DNA of 64,000 nt from Octopus vulgaris (taxonomy: Eukaryota). The notes below the pieces were generated by a model. The model had not been told where the DNA came from. It did not search any database and was given only the letters and a program-made list of their open reading frames with translations. Shown one piece after another: positions 53,377 through 64,000 of this stretch. Position 1 is the stretch's first letter. Each line of letters begins with the position of its first letter. A program made the translations under genes and the position numbers. The DNA is taken from the NCBI GenBank assembly GCA_951406725.2, contig OX597822.1:106330001-106394000 (forward strand), given 5' to 3'.

Positions 53377-54716
53377 TATTTCTTTATTACCCACAAGGGG
53401 CTAAACACAGAGGGGACAAACAAGGACAGACATAAACGGATTAAGTCGATTATATCGACCCCAGTGCGTAACTGGTGCTTAATTTATCGACCCCGAAAGG
53501 ATGAAAGGCAAAGTCGACCTCGGCGGAATTCGAACTCAAAACGTAGCGGCAGACAAAATACCTATTTCTTTACTACCCTCAAGGGGCTAAACAAAGAGGG
53601 GACAAACAAGGACAGACATAGGTATTAAGTCGATTACATCGACCCCAGTGCGTAACTGGTACTTAATTTATCGACCCCGAAAGGATGAAAGGCAAAGTCG
53701 ACCTGGGCGGAATTTGAACTCAGAACGTAGCGGCAGACGAAATACCTATTTCTTTACTACCCACAAGGGGCTAAACACAGAGGGGACAAACAAGGACAGA
53801 CATAGGTATTAAGTCGATTACATCGACCCCAGTGCGTAACTGGTACTTAATTTATCGACCCCGAAAGGATGAAAGGCAAAGTCGACCTCGGCGGAATTCG
53901 AACTCAAAACGTAGCGGCAGACGAAATACCTATTTCTTTACTACCCTCAAGGGGCTAAACACAGAGAGGACAAACAAGGACAGACATAGGTATTAAGTCG
54001 ATTACATCGACCCCAGTGCGTAACTGGTACTTAATTTATCGACCCCGAAAGGATGAAAGGCAAAGTCGACCTCGGCGGAATTCGAACTCAAAACGTAGCG
54101 GCAGACGAAATACCTATTTCTTTACTACCCTCAAGGGGCTAAACACAGAGAGGACAAACAAGGACAGACATAGGTATTAAGTCGATTACATCGACCCCAG
54201 TGCGTAACTGGTACTTAATTTATCGACCCCGAAAGGATGAAAGGCAAAGTCGACCTCGGCGGAATTCGAACTCAAAACGTAGCGGCAGACGAAATACCTA
54301 TTTCTTTACTACCCTCAAGGGGCTAAACACAGAGAGGACAAACAAGGACAGACATAGGTATTAAGTCGATTACATCGACCCCAGTGCGTAGCTGGTACTT
54401 AATTTATCGACCCCGAAAGGATGAAAGGCAAAGTCGACCTCGGCGGAATTTGAACTCAAAACGTAGCGGCAGACAAAATACCTATTTCTTTACTACCCTC
54501 AAGGGGCTAAACACAGAGAGGACAAACAAGGACAGACATAGGTATTAAGTCGATTACATCGACCCCAGTGCGTAACTGGTACTTAATTTATCGACCCCGA
54601 AAGGATGAAAGGCAAAGTCGACCTCGGCGGAATTTGAACTCAGAACGTAAAGACAGACGAAATACTGCTACGCATTTCGGCCGGCGTTGCTAACGTTTCT
54701 GCCAGCTCGCCAGCTC
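53377..54716 (-). repeat. Family-1 SINE tandem array: one head plus 7 x 184-bp units
   Basis: Units start at 53375, 53561, 53745, 53929, 54113, 54297 and 54481. 19-bp direct repeat gtccggtatatgaattacc at 53358-53376 and 54717-54735. Confidence 0.95.
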
Positions 54717-54826
54717 GTCCGGTATATGAATTACCGTTCCTGAAAACGCTCAGCAACAAAAAAAAGATTACATATTCTGTTGTGTCTGAGGAGGAGAGTA
54801 ATTTTCTTTTTGTGCCTTATAATGTG

Positions 54827-55262
54827 GGCAATCTTTCGTCTCTAGTAGACCTTTCCGTCGATTTCCGTAAAAAAATTTTTTTTTTTTTACATATGGACTT
54901 GCGGGAACTTTTGAAGTAATGAGAGCGAAAGAGACTAAGAGAAAGCGGCGATGTTTCGCATGTCGTAGCACAAGTTTTCCGTCGATTTCCGTAAAAAACT
55001 ATTATTTTTTTACATAAGTAATGAGAGCGAAAGAGACTAAGAGAAAGCGATTTTATGACGAGGAAGTTTCTCCTTGAAGTTATCGTCTAGGGGAAGCATC
55101 GATGTACATGTGTGTGTGTGTGTTTGATGGGGTGTGGGAGACAGACAGTATGTTGTGTAAGTGAAGTGCTTCTGTTAGTGTGTGTGAAGAGACAGAGAGA
55201 GTAATGTGTGAAAGAGAGATAACTGATTTTTTACTCTGTGTGTGTGTATATGTATGTATATA

Positions 55263-55330
<68 letters not shown>

Positions 55331-55399
55331 GCCGATTCATCGTAATTACGATGAATCGGCCATACATACATACACACACACACACACATACTTACACAC

Positions 55400-55430
<31 letters not shown>

Positions 55431-56065
55431 TACATACATACATATACACACACACCGAGTAAAAAATCAGTTATCTCTCTCTTTCACACATTACTCTCTC
55501 TGTCTCTTCACACACACTAACAGAAGCACTTCACTTACACAACATACTGTCTGTCTCCACACCCCATCAAACACACACACACACATGTACATCGATGCTT
55601 CCCCTAGACGGTAACTTCAAAGAGAAACTTCCTCGTCATAAAATCGCTTCCTCTTAGTCTCTTTCGCTCTCATTACTTATGTAAAAAACTAAAAGTTTTT
55701 TACGGAAATCGACGGAAAACTTGTGCTACGACAACCGAAACGTTGCCTGCCGAGAAAGCGATTGTATGACGAGGGAAGTTCTTTTGAAGTTACCGTCCAG
55801 GGGAAGCATTGATGTACATGTGTGTGTGTGTGTGTGTGTTTGATGGGGTGTGGGAGACAGACAGTATGTTGTGTTGTGTATGTTCTGTTAGTGTGTGTGA
55901 AGAGACAGAGTAATGTGTGAAAGAAAGAGATAACTGAATTTTTTTACTCGGTGTATGTGTATATGTATGTATATTACTTCAAAAGTTCCCGCAAGCCCAT
56001 ATGTAAAAGAAAAATATTTTTTTACGGAAATCGACGGAAAGGTCTACTAGAGACGAAAGATCGCC
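54827..56065. mobile_element. Fold-back element with ~95-bp terminal inverted repeats and an internal spacer-less palindrome (54961-55733)
   Basis: Ends ggcaatctttcgtctctagtagacc / ggtctactagagacgaaagatcgcc. Centre ggccgattcatcgtaattacgatgaatcggcc. Confidence 0.75.
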
Positions 56066-56951
56066 TTTTTTAATAATTTCCGCTTTTAAACTTCGTATAC
56101 TAGTAGAATGTGTTTATAAAACATCTTTTTCTCTTGGCTTTATTGTAAAGGGAAGGAAAAAGGAACGGTTTAAATCATAAATCTGCTCAATCAAGACCAG
56201 CATATGACTAAACAAGAATAATAGATATCAATTTGGGATCTTTTCGGTTTGAACGACAGTTTTTAACATAATTTCCACGTAACTAAACACTTTTAAACTT
56301 CGTATACTGGTAGAATGTGTTTATAAAACATCTTTTTCTCTTGGCTTTATTGAGAAAATTCTATAGTTTATAAGATATTTCTTGTTTTTTTTCTTCAATT
56401 TCTGCAATTTCAACCAATCAATGACGTCTATTGAGGTAAAAAAAAAAAACATTCTGTGCCGTATGAATATGTCCCTCGTTTAAGAAACAGATTGGGTTTA
56501 TTTACATTTCTGAAGAAAAAAAGATACCCTTCCCCTACCCCTAACCCTAACCCTAAAACAGATTGAAATGCAATAGATCGATACTAGGGTCATAATTATG
56601 GGTGACAATTTCATATGACACCGCTAGAAAAAACTGCCGTTCAAACCGAAAAGATCCTAGTCTTGACCAAAACTATTGAAAAGGCTGCAAGACACAACGA
56701 AAATTTTAGGAGAATAAAAATAAGAAAAAAGTGGAAATTTTGCCGGTGAGTGTGTTAGATTATAAGGCAGAAAAAGAAAATGACTCTCCCCAGACATAAC
56801 AGGATATGCTTCAACACACGAACTCATATAAAGAATCTTGCAAACCAAATCCAAAAACGAAAGATTACATATTTTACGTAAAAATCAATCATGAGCCAAC
56901 GGTGGCCATCCAATGAGTGAAACAAGACAAAGTTATTTCATGCAGGATACA

Positions 56952-57526
56952 TCTTTATATATAAAAGAGAGGTTGTGTGTCTGTCTGTCTCCTACGATTT
57001 AGATTCCTAACTACTCCCACATTTTGCGGTGCAGTTTAACCAAAAGCGGGTATCCTATAGTCGTGATTCATATCGAGCCCTTCTGGGTATTAGCGCGCGT
57101 CTACGTTGAGTCAACGATTAAAAAAAAAAAATTACCATCATTTTTCCATTTTAATGCATTTTTGTCGCTATTATATAAGGGAAGTAACTCTCTAAAAATG
57201 TCTACGATGAGTCAACGATTTAAAAAAAAATTTACCATCATTTTTTTCCCATTTAAATGCATTTTTTTCGCTATTATATAAGGGAAGTAACTCTCTAAAA
57301 ATGTCTAAGATGAGTCAACGATTTTTAAAAAAAATTACCATCATTTTTTTCCATTTTAATGCATTTTTTTCGCTATTATATAAGGGAAGTAACTCTCTAA
57401 AAATGTCTACGATGAGTCAACGATTTAAAAAAAATTTTACCATCATTTTTTTCCCATTTTTAATGCATTTTTTTGCTATAACTCTCTAAAAAAGCTTATA
57501 TGGTTATTTCCCTTACAAACTGCTAG
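56952..57526 (+). mobile_element. Helitron-like non-autonomous element with ~4 x 102-bp internal tandem repeats
   Basis: A^TCtttatatataaaa 5' end and CTAG^T 3' end. Repeats start at about 57100, 57201, 57304 and 57406. No subterminal hairpin is evident. Confidence 0.6.
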
Positions 57527-57713
57527 TTAGAAATAAATGTGTGAGAAAGCTAGAAAGAAAGAAAGAAAAAAAAAGAAATCGAAGATACGGGAGACAACTT
57601 TGTATAGTTATGTTGAGGTCGATATTGAGATGAAATGGTCAACGACTGATATTCTTATTATTTTTGCATTCACTTGATTGCTGTCTTCTACCTCTCTCTC
57701 TCATTCACCCTCA

Positions 57714-57780
<67 letters not shown>

Positions 57781-57974
57781 GTGTCATTGTTTGTCCACCA
57801 CCACTTGACAACCGGTGTTGGATTGTTGGTATGTTTACGTCCTTATAACTTAGCGGTTCGGCAAAATTAACCGACAGAATAAGTACCAGGCTTTAAAAAT
57901 CAAAGTCCTGGGGTCGATTCATTCGACTAAAAATTCTTCTAGGCGGTGCACCAGCATGGCTGCAGTCAAACCGT

Positions 57975-58056
57975 GGTAGCTTGGCCGAGTGGTCTAATGC
58001 GCTGGTTTTAGGCACCAGCCTCTTCGGAGGCGTGGGTTCGAATCCCACCGCTGCCA
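57975..58056 (+). tRNA. trnL-UAG: tRNA-Leu(UAG), possibly a pseudogene
   Basis: 82-nt cloverleaf with long variable arm. Anticodon stem CTGGT/ACCAG with loop TT-TAG-GC, T-loop GGTTCGAATCC, and TTTTT at 58065-58069. Mismatches at acceptor pair 7 (T.C) and in the D-stem (AATGC). Confidence 0.85.
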
Positions 58057-58210
58057 CGAAATAATTTTTGAAGTGTAATCTATTAAACTTTTAGTTGTGG
58101 TGCACCTGAGCACTGTATTCAATAATTATTTTAATGAGGGCAAGAAGAAAAAAATCAAAAAATGAAAGAGAGACTCATGATAGTCAAACCACCAAATAGG
58201 TAATGTCAGA

Positions 58211-58800
58211 GGCGGCGAGCTGGCAGAGTCGTTAGCACGCCGGGCGAATTGCTTAGCGGCATTTCGTCTGCCGTTACGTTCTGAGTTCAAATTCCGCCGA
58301 GGTCGACTTTGCCTTTCATCCTTTCGGGGTCGATTAAATAAGTACTAGTTGAGCACTGGGGTCGATATAATCGACTTAATCCGTTTGTCTGTCCTTGTTT
58401 GTCCTCTCTATGTTTAGCCCCTTGTGGGTAGTAAAGAAATAGGTATTTCGTCTGCCGCTATGTTCTGAGTTCAGATTCCGCCGAGGTCGACTTTGCCTTT
58501 CATCCTTTCGGGGTCGATTAAATAAGTACCAGTTGAGCACTGGGGTCGATGTAATCGACTTAATCCGTTTGTCTGTCCTTGTTTGTCCCCTCTGTGTTTA
58601 GCCCCTTGTGGGTAGTAAAGAAATAGGTATTTCGTCTGCCGCTACGTTCTGAGTTCAAATTCCGCCGTGGTCGATTTGCCTTTCATCCTTTCGGGGTCGA
58701 TTAAATAAGTACCAGTTACGTACTGGGGTTGATATAATCGAATTAATCTGTTTGTCTTTCCTTGTTCTGTGTTTAGCCCCTTGTGGGTAGTAAAGAAATA
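58211..58800 (+). repeat. Family-1 SINE tandem array: one head plus 3 units
   Basis: Units start at 58258, 58442 and 58626. TSD ggtaat(g/t)tcagagg at 58199-58212 and 58801-58814. Confidence 0.9.
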
Positions 58801-59350
58801 GGTAATTTCAGAGGTGAAGAACCAACTCCGGTAATTATCAGAAATGGCTGGAAGAAACAGTACGGCGTGGCTCCTGTCACTGGATCCCTGAACCCGTGTT
58901 TATGAGTCTAAGGATTGTTATAAAATATCGGAAAGAAATTCATAAAAGAAATCAGATGAAATCCAAGGAAAAGAATATTTAGTTCATCAAAGTTATGTCC
59001 CTTAGATTAGAACTAAACAAGTTCACCATAATTACAGATATTTGCTTACAAGGAAATTTTGGGACGGATAAATGCGAGATGGAATAGAGGTGCAAAGACA
59101 GGTGGAGTATGTGTATGGGTTTGTATATTTCAAAGTTGGGTGTGGCATATCTTATATGAAAGAGCCAACGTTTATTTTTACGACTAGTTTACTAACATAT
59201 TTCTGCGCTTATACGAGCAGAAGCATAAGTCACCACTTTTGAAATTTAGATAGGCCCCTGAATGAAGGGATTTTTTAAAATATGATTATTTTATTTTTTT
59301 ATTTTTGGGTGGGGAGGGGGGCCGCTATGCAGATGAAGATATATAAATAT

Positions 59351-59411
<61 letters not shown>

Positions 59412-59420
59412 CATATATAT

Positions 59421-59621
59421 TATATTATATAGAGGGCACTCTTACACATAGATGCCTCACGCTAGGAGGGACTCTTAAAGTCAAAACTACTAAAATAAAT
59501 AAACATATCGTACCGCAAAATTGTTTCGGTACGATGTGTTTCTTTATTTTAGTAATTATAACTTTAAGAGTCCCTCTTAGCGTGAGGCATCTATGTGTAA
59601 TAGTGCCCTCTATATAATATA
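59421..59621. repeat. Imperfect palindrome (~95-bp arms) adjoining a TA array
   Basis: gagggcactcttacacatagatgcctcacgct is inverted as agcgtgaggcatctatgtgtaatagtgccctc. Confidence 0.88.
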
Positions 59622-60005
59622 AATAAATAAATTTAAAAGAAAAAAAATTGATGGGTTTTTTTTCTCTTATGAGGTTTTTCTCGATAACTACTTGATAAAT
59701 TCTTATGAAGATTTTATCCTATTTTTAAATTGTATATATATATATACAGAGAGAGAGAGAGAGAGATATTAATATTTCTAAGTCTCTCTAAAGGAGACTA
59801 AGGCAGCGGTACTGGATATTTATAGTTATCGCCAAGCTAATATGACAGTCCAGAAATATAGGACGAATGCTGCCGTTGATTAGCTCCAAGAAGCCATCGC
59901 CTCTAGCTAGCTATGTGACACACGAACCTGTGTCCATTATAACCTTCGGAAAGGGGAGGTCAGCCTGCTTCCCCTTGCTGGTCAGGCATCTGCAGACTAG
60001 TCTCA

Positions 60006-60107
<102 letters not shown>

Positions 60108-60529
60108 CTAGCCAGCCGTGTGTTTAAAGCTAGCTAGCTCTGTGTTTAAAGAAGAATGTTGTGATCAAGAAGGGGAATCTGAGTGACCATTTTGTGTGCA
60201 CAGTTTGTGACTGAACAAGCTATTCTTTTGCTAGGCTCATATCTTATTTGCGGACCCATGAAAAAAGAGCCTCCACCCACTATTCACCCGATATATCTGA
60301 ACACACATTTCAATGCCTTAAGGTCTGCAAATTTAACAGAGGCTTCAAAAGACATTTTAAGATCCACAAAGATCATAACTGCAGCTCTTGGTGGTCCGAA
60401 TCGGATATGCAATCTATGTGGGTGTCTTTTCAATTCATGATCTGATTTAAAAAGCCACACCAGACACCATGATGGATCTAAAGTGTAGGTACAAGCGGTG
60501 GTCAGAGTCTGCATAAGGAATAGACAGCC

Positions 60530-60815
60530 ATCGTGACCGTGCGGGCTATCAGATATTGCTACACGTTGCTTCGCATTGTTTTAGCCTTCAAATGACGCCA
60601 CACTACTGGCTAAGCGAGCAGGCCAACAGAAAAAAAGAGTGAGAGAAAGTTGTGGCGAAAGAGTACAGCAGGGATCGCCACCAGCCCCTGCCGGAGCCTC
60701 ATGGAGCTTTAGGTGTTTTCGCTCAATAAACACTCACAACGCCCGATCTGGGAATCGAAACCGCTATCCTACGACCGCGAGTCCGTTGCCCTAACCACTG
60801 GGCCATTGCGCCTCC

Positions 60816-60816
<1 letters not shown>
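60530..60816 (-). mobile_element. Family-3-head SINE with a third tail type
   Basis: Same head and central ctttcgccacaactttctctcactc block as 35563-35939, with a different 3' part. Confidence 0.75.
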
Positions 60817-60898
<82 letters not shown>

Positions 60899-61064
60899 CA
60901 TACATACATACATGCATATATATATACATACATACATACATACATACATGAATACATACATACATACATACATACATACATACATGAATACATACATACA
61001 TACATACATACATACATGAATACATACATACATACATACATACATACATGCATACATACATACA

Positions 61065-61100
<36 letters not shown>

Positions 61101-61736
61101 TACATACATACATATCCTAAGCATTAACATAAACTAGATTCTTCAGTTTCGACTTTCATACCAATTTAGATAGCAGCACTTCATCTTTTCTAAGCTTTCA
61201 CTTCTAACTTGTCTCAGTCCCTAAGCTGCTGCATTCATGCTGGGGCAAACCCCGCAGAGGGTTTAATCGAACTCAATACTTCCTTATTTTAAATCTGATT
61301 TTATTCTATCGGTTCTTTTTGCTGAACAGCAAAGCTAGAGGCACATAAACAAGCCAACATCGGTTGTCAATCAGGGAGGGGGGTGAGGAAACAAAGACAC
61401 ACAAACATAAACACACAATAATATATGTGTGTATGTATGTATGTATGTATGTATGTATGTATGTATGTATGTATGTATGTATGTATGTATGTATGTATGA
61501 GTGTATGTATGTATGTATGTATGTGTGTGTGTGTGTGTGTGTGTGTATTCGCCATGATAGCTCGCTAGCCACTACACATTCTTTATTTTCTCTCCTTGTT
61601 TCTTTCTGTGGAAGAGCGTAGGCTCGAAACGTTAAAGACTTTTTCACTTCCCGAGCGTTAAACTAATACATCTGTTTGTTTTGTACACCAACTGTCTTCG
61701 TCTTTTGTATTTTTTTTGATTTTTGTGAATTCTCCC

Positions 61737-61814
<78 letters not shown>

Positions 61815-61818
<4 letters not shown>

Positions 61819-62686
61819 GTGAATAAACTGTCCTCTAAATTACGCAAAAATGAAAATAACACTGATATCTCATTTTAACAGATATATTTGCCAAAATTAC
61901 ATAAAAATATCTTGAAAGACTAAAGAGTAAATTTATTCAACAAAATCGCCATTCACTCCAGCCGCGGCTTCCAGACGACTTCGGAATCTCCTGCAACTCT
62001 TCTGGACAGTCTCCTTGTTTAAGTTGGTGAATACTGACATAATCTTTGCCTTCAGTTCATCTTTGGTGTTACAAGGAGTTTTTTTTTTATCTCTCACTCA
62101 ACTGCACCTCACACATAATGATCAAGGGGGTTGCAGTCTGGGGAGTTAGGTGGCCAGATGTTAGGGGTGATGTGGTTTCAGAAATTGTCTGACAGCCATG
62201 ACTGAGTTCTCTTACTTGTGTGGTATGGTGCAGGGTCTTGTTGCCAGACATAGGGTCTTCCAGCAACCACCCTCTTGACCCAGGGCAGCACTACCTCCTC
62301 CAGGCACTTGATGTAGGCCTCCATGTTGAGTCTGAGGCCGTATGCAAAGATGAATGGAGACATAACGTCGCCATCACTAGTGATAACTCCAAACACTACG
62401 ATATTGACTGGATGTTTGATTTTTATCACTCTTGGTACATGTCCTCAGATTGATTCCCAAACACTCAGAAATGTGCGTATTGGAGCTTCGGGCGCGAATT
62501 CTAAGCAGTACAGCATGTTGTTTCCAAATTTCTGGCAGAGTGAATTGTGTGATTATGCTGTTTTTCTCACAGACGGTGCCCAACTGACCCTACTATACTG
62601 TGTAGTCGACAAAATCAAAAATAAACAATGCACATGCGCGAAATTTAAAATATGAAATGGTGACAATTTACCCATCATACTCTGTG
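61815..62686 (-). mobile_element. Internally deleted DD37D (maT-type) Tc1/mariner element
   Basis: Encodes VWQQD-PAPYHTS...WPPNSPDCNPL-D, with 37 residues between the two Asp (one in-frame stop). Degenerate cagggtga / tactctg ends. Confidence 0.8.
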
Positions 62687-62778
62687 TAAGTATATACGTA
62701 TGTATATCTATGTGTGGTAGTGGGGGGTATGTATGTATGCATGCATGTATGAAGATATGTTTGTATACATGTGTATAC

Positions 62779-62828
<50 letters not shown>

Positions 62829-62902
62829 CGGAGATGTACTTGCATAGCAAGTGACCTGATCTGAGATCGTGTGCTGGAACGAAAACAATTGCAGCGTGGA
62901 AT

Positions 62903-62963
<61 letters not shown>

Positions 62964-63406
62964 AATGGCTGCAAATTCGTGGTGGAGTATTGCCATCGCC
63001 TGATCGAAAATCCCACACATGCGAAGGCTTACGACCAGCCATTTTTGTCATAGATCTTACTTTCTTTTTTAACCTATGCCTGTGCATGATGATCTTTTAT
63101 GGTGGGGAGGGGATTTGCACAAATCCGATCCCACTGTCTGAACATGGACAACATAAACTCGAAAAGAAGACCTAGTCTACATCAGTGAATATTGTCTTTG
63201 TCGCAAGTTTTCTCTCAGAGTTTCCCTCTCCTAGAGAGATGTAATGGCAACAGAGGGGCCTCCCACTCCCAGTGGGCCAACCGCGTGACAGGACACCAAC
63301 CCAGGTATTTCCACGTCCTTGCGCATACATATATGCATACACACACATGTACACATATTATTGGATGGCCGTTGATTACTCATGAGCTCTTCCGCTCTTT
63401 GACGGA

Positions 63407-63454
<48 letters not shown>

Positions 63455-63857
63455 CGTGTGCGTGCGTGTGCATGCGTGTTTGTGCCGGTGCGCATGCGTG
63501 TGTGTGTATGAGTGATTGCTCTATCTTCACAGGCAAATGCCGTTTTGTTCTGAATCATCATAGTTAATGGCATTTCTGACTTTCCGTCCATGACCACTTG
63601 GATGACTGCTCAGTCTTGTTTGCAGATCTGCACTATTCGAAGCATAGATGTCAAACAAAAATCCTAACTTCGTCTTGATATTGTTCAGGTCAAAGTTTCA
63701 AACGTTTTTGAAACGAAGGAAGTCGAACCTTCACACCGGTTCAGTCTGCACACGTCACCATTCTTCCATCGCCAGAGCACTTTCAGTAGATGTGGAATGA
63801 CAAATGAAGTCACCATAAAAGAGACATTTGTACACCGTTGTTTTATAGTGATAAACT

Positions 63858-64000
63858 AGTGGTTCGCGACTGGGGAGGCCATATGATCCTTATATGTCCA
63901 TATAAAATTTTTTATTTATTAAAAACTATCTGCAATAAACTGCATATAGTTCTACCGTACAAAAAATATTTTATCAATTTTTTTTTATTTAATTCCTAAT
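63858..64000. mobile_element. Probable start of a hAT-type MITE, cut by the window end
   Basis: tagtggttcgcgactgggg resembles the TIR at 32886. Confidence 0.4.

Noticed and set aside
53375-54716. CRISPR array or hammerhead retrozyme reading of the 184-bp repeats
   Set aside because: There are no unique spacers or cas genes, and no hammerhead core was found on either strand. The units are SINE bodies.

Overview
AT-rich, repeat-dense eukaryotic DNA. The microsatellite load and the SINE/LINE content suggest an octopod cephalopod (inference). One protein-coding gene is well supported: a six-exon minus-strand MED19 (Mediator subunit 19), CDS 53104->31835, 235 aa, with all introns GT-AG and phases consistent. 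The window also holds a U6 snRNA retrocopy (4511-4613) and a tRNA-Leu(UAG) (57975-58056). The rest is mobile DNA: several tRNA-derived SINE families, RTE, CR1-like and Penelope remnants, decayed Tc1/mariner and DD37D elements, hAT-, piggyBac- and Helitron-like MITEs, and long fold-backs. Three observations stand out. (1) Several palindromic, probably Penelope-derived elements carry minimal hammerhead-ribozyme motifs whose core 3-8 pair co-varies (C-G, G-C, U-A), and some are sense to MED19 introns. (2) One SINE has target-site duplications that repeatedly begin with GGTA, a motif also in its own head, and it forms head + n x 184-bp arrays, including a 7-mer about 250 bp upstream of the MED19 ATG. 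(3) A U6-oligo(A)-SINE chimera is inserted at that GGTA site. Nearly all other listed ORFs are microsatellite or repeat artefacts. All calls were made by eye, with no searches run.
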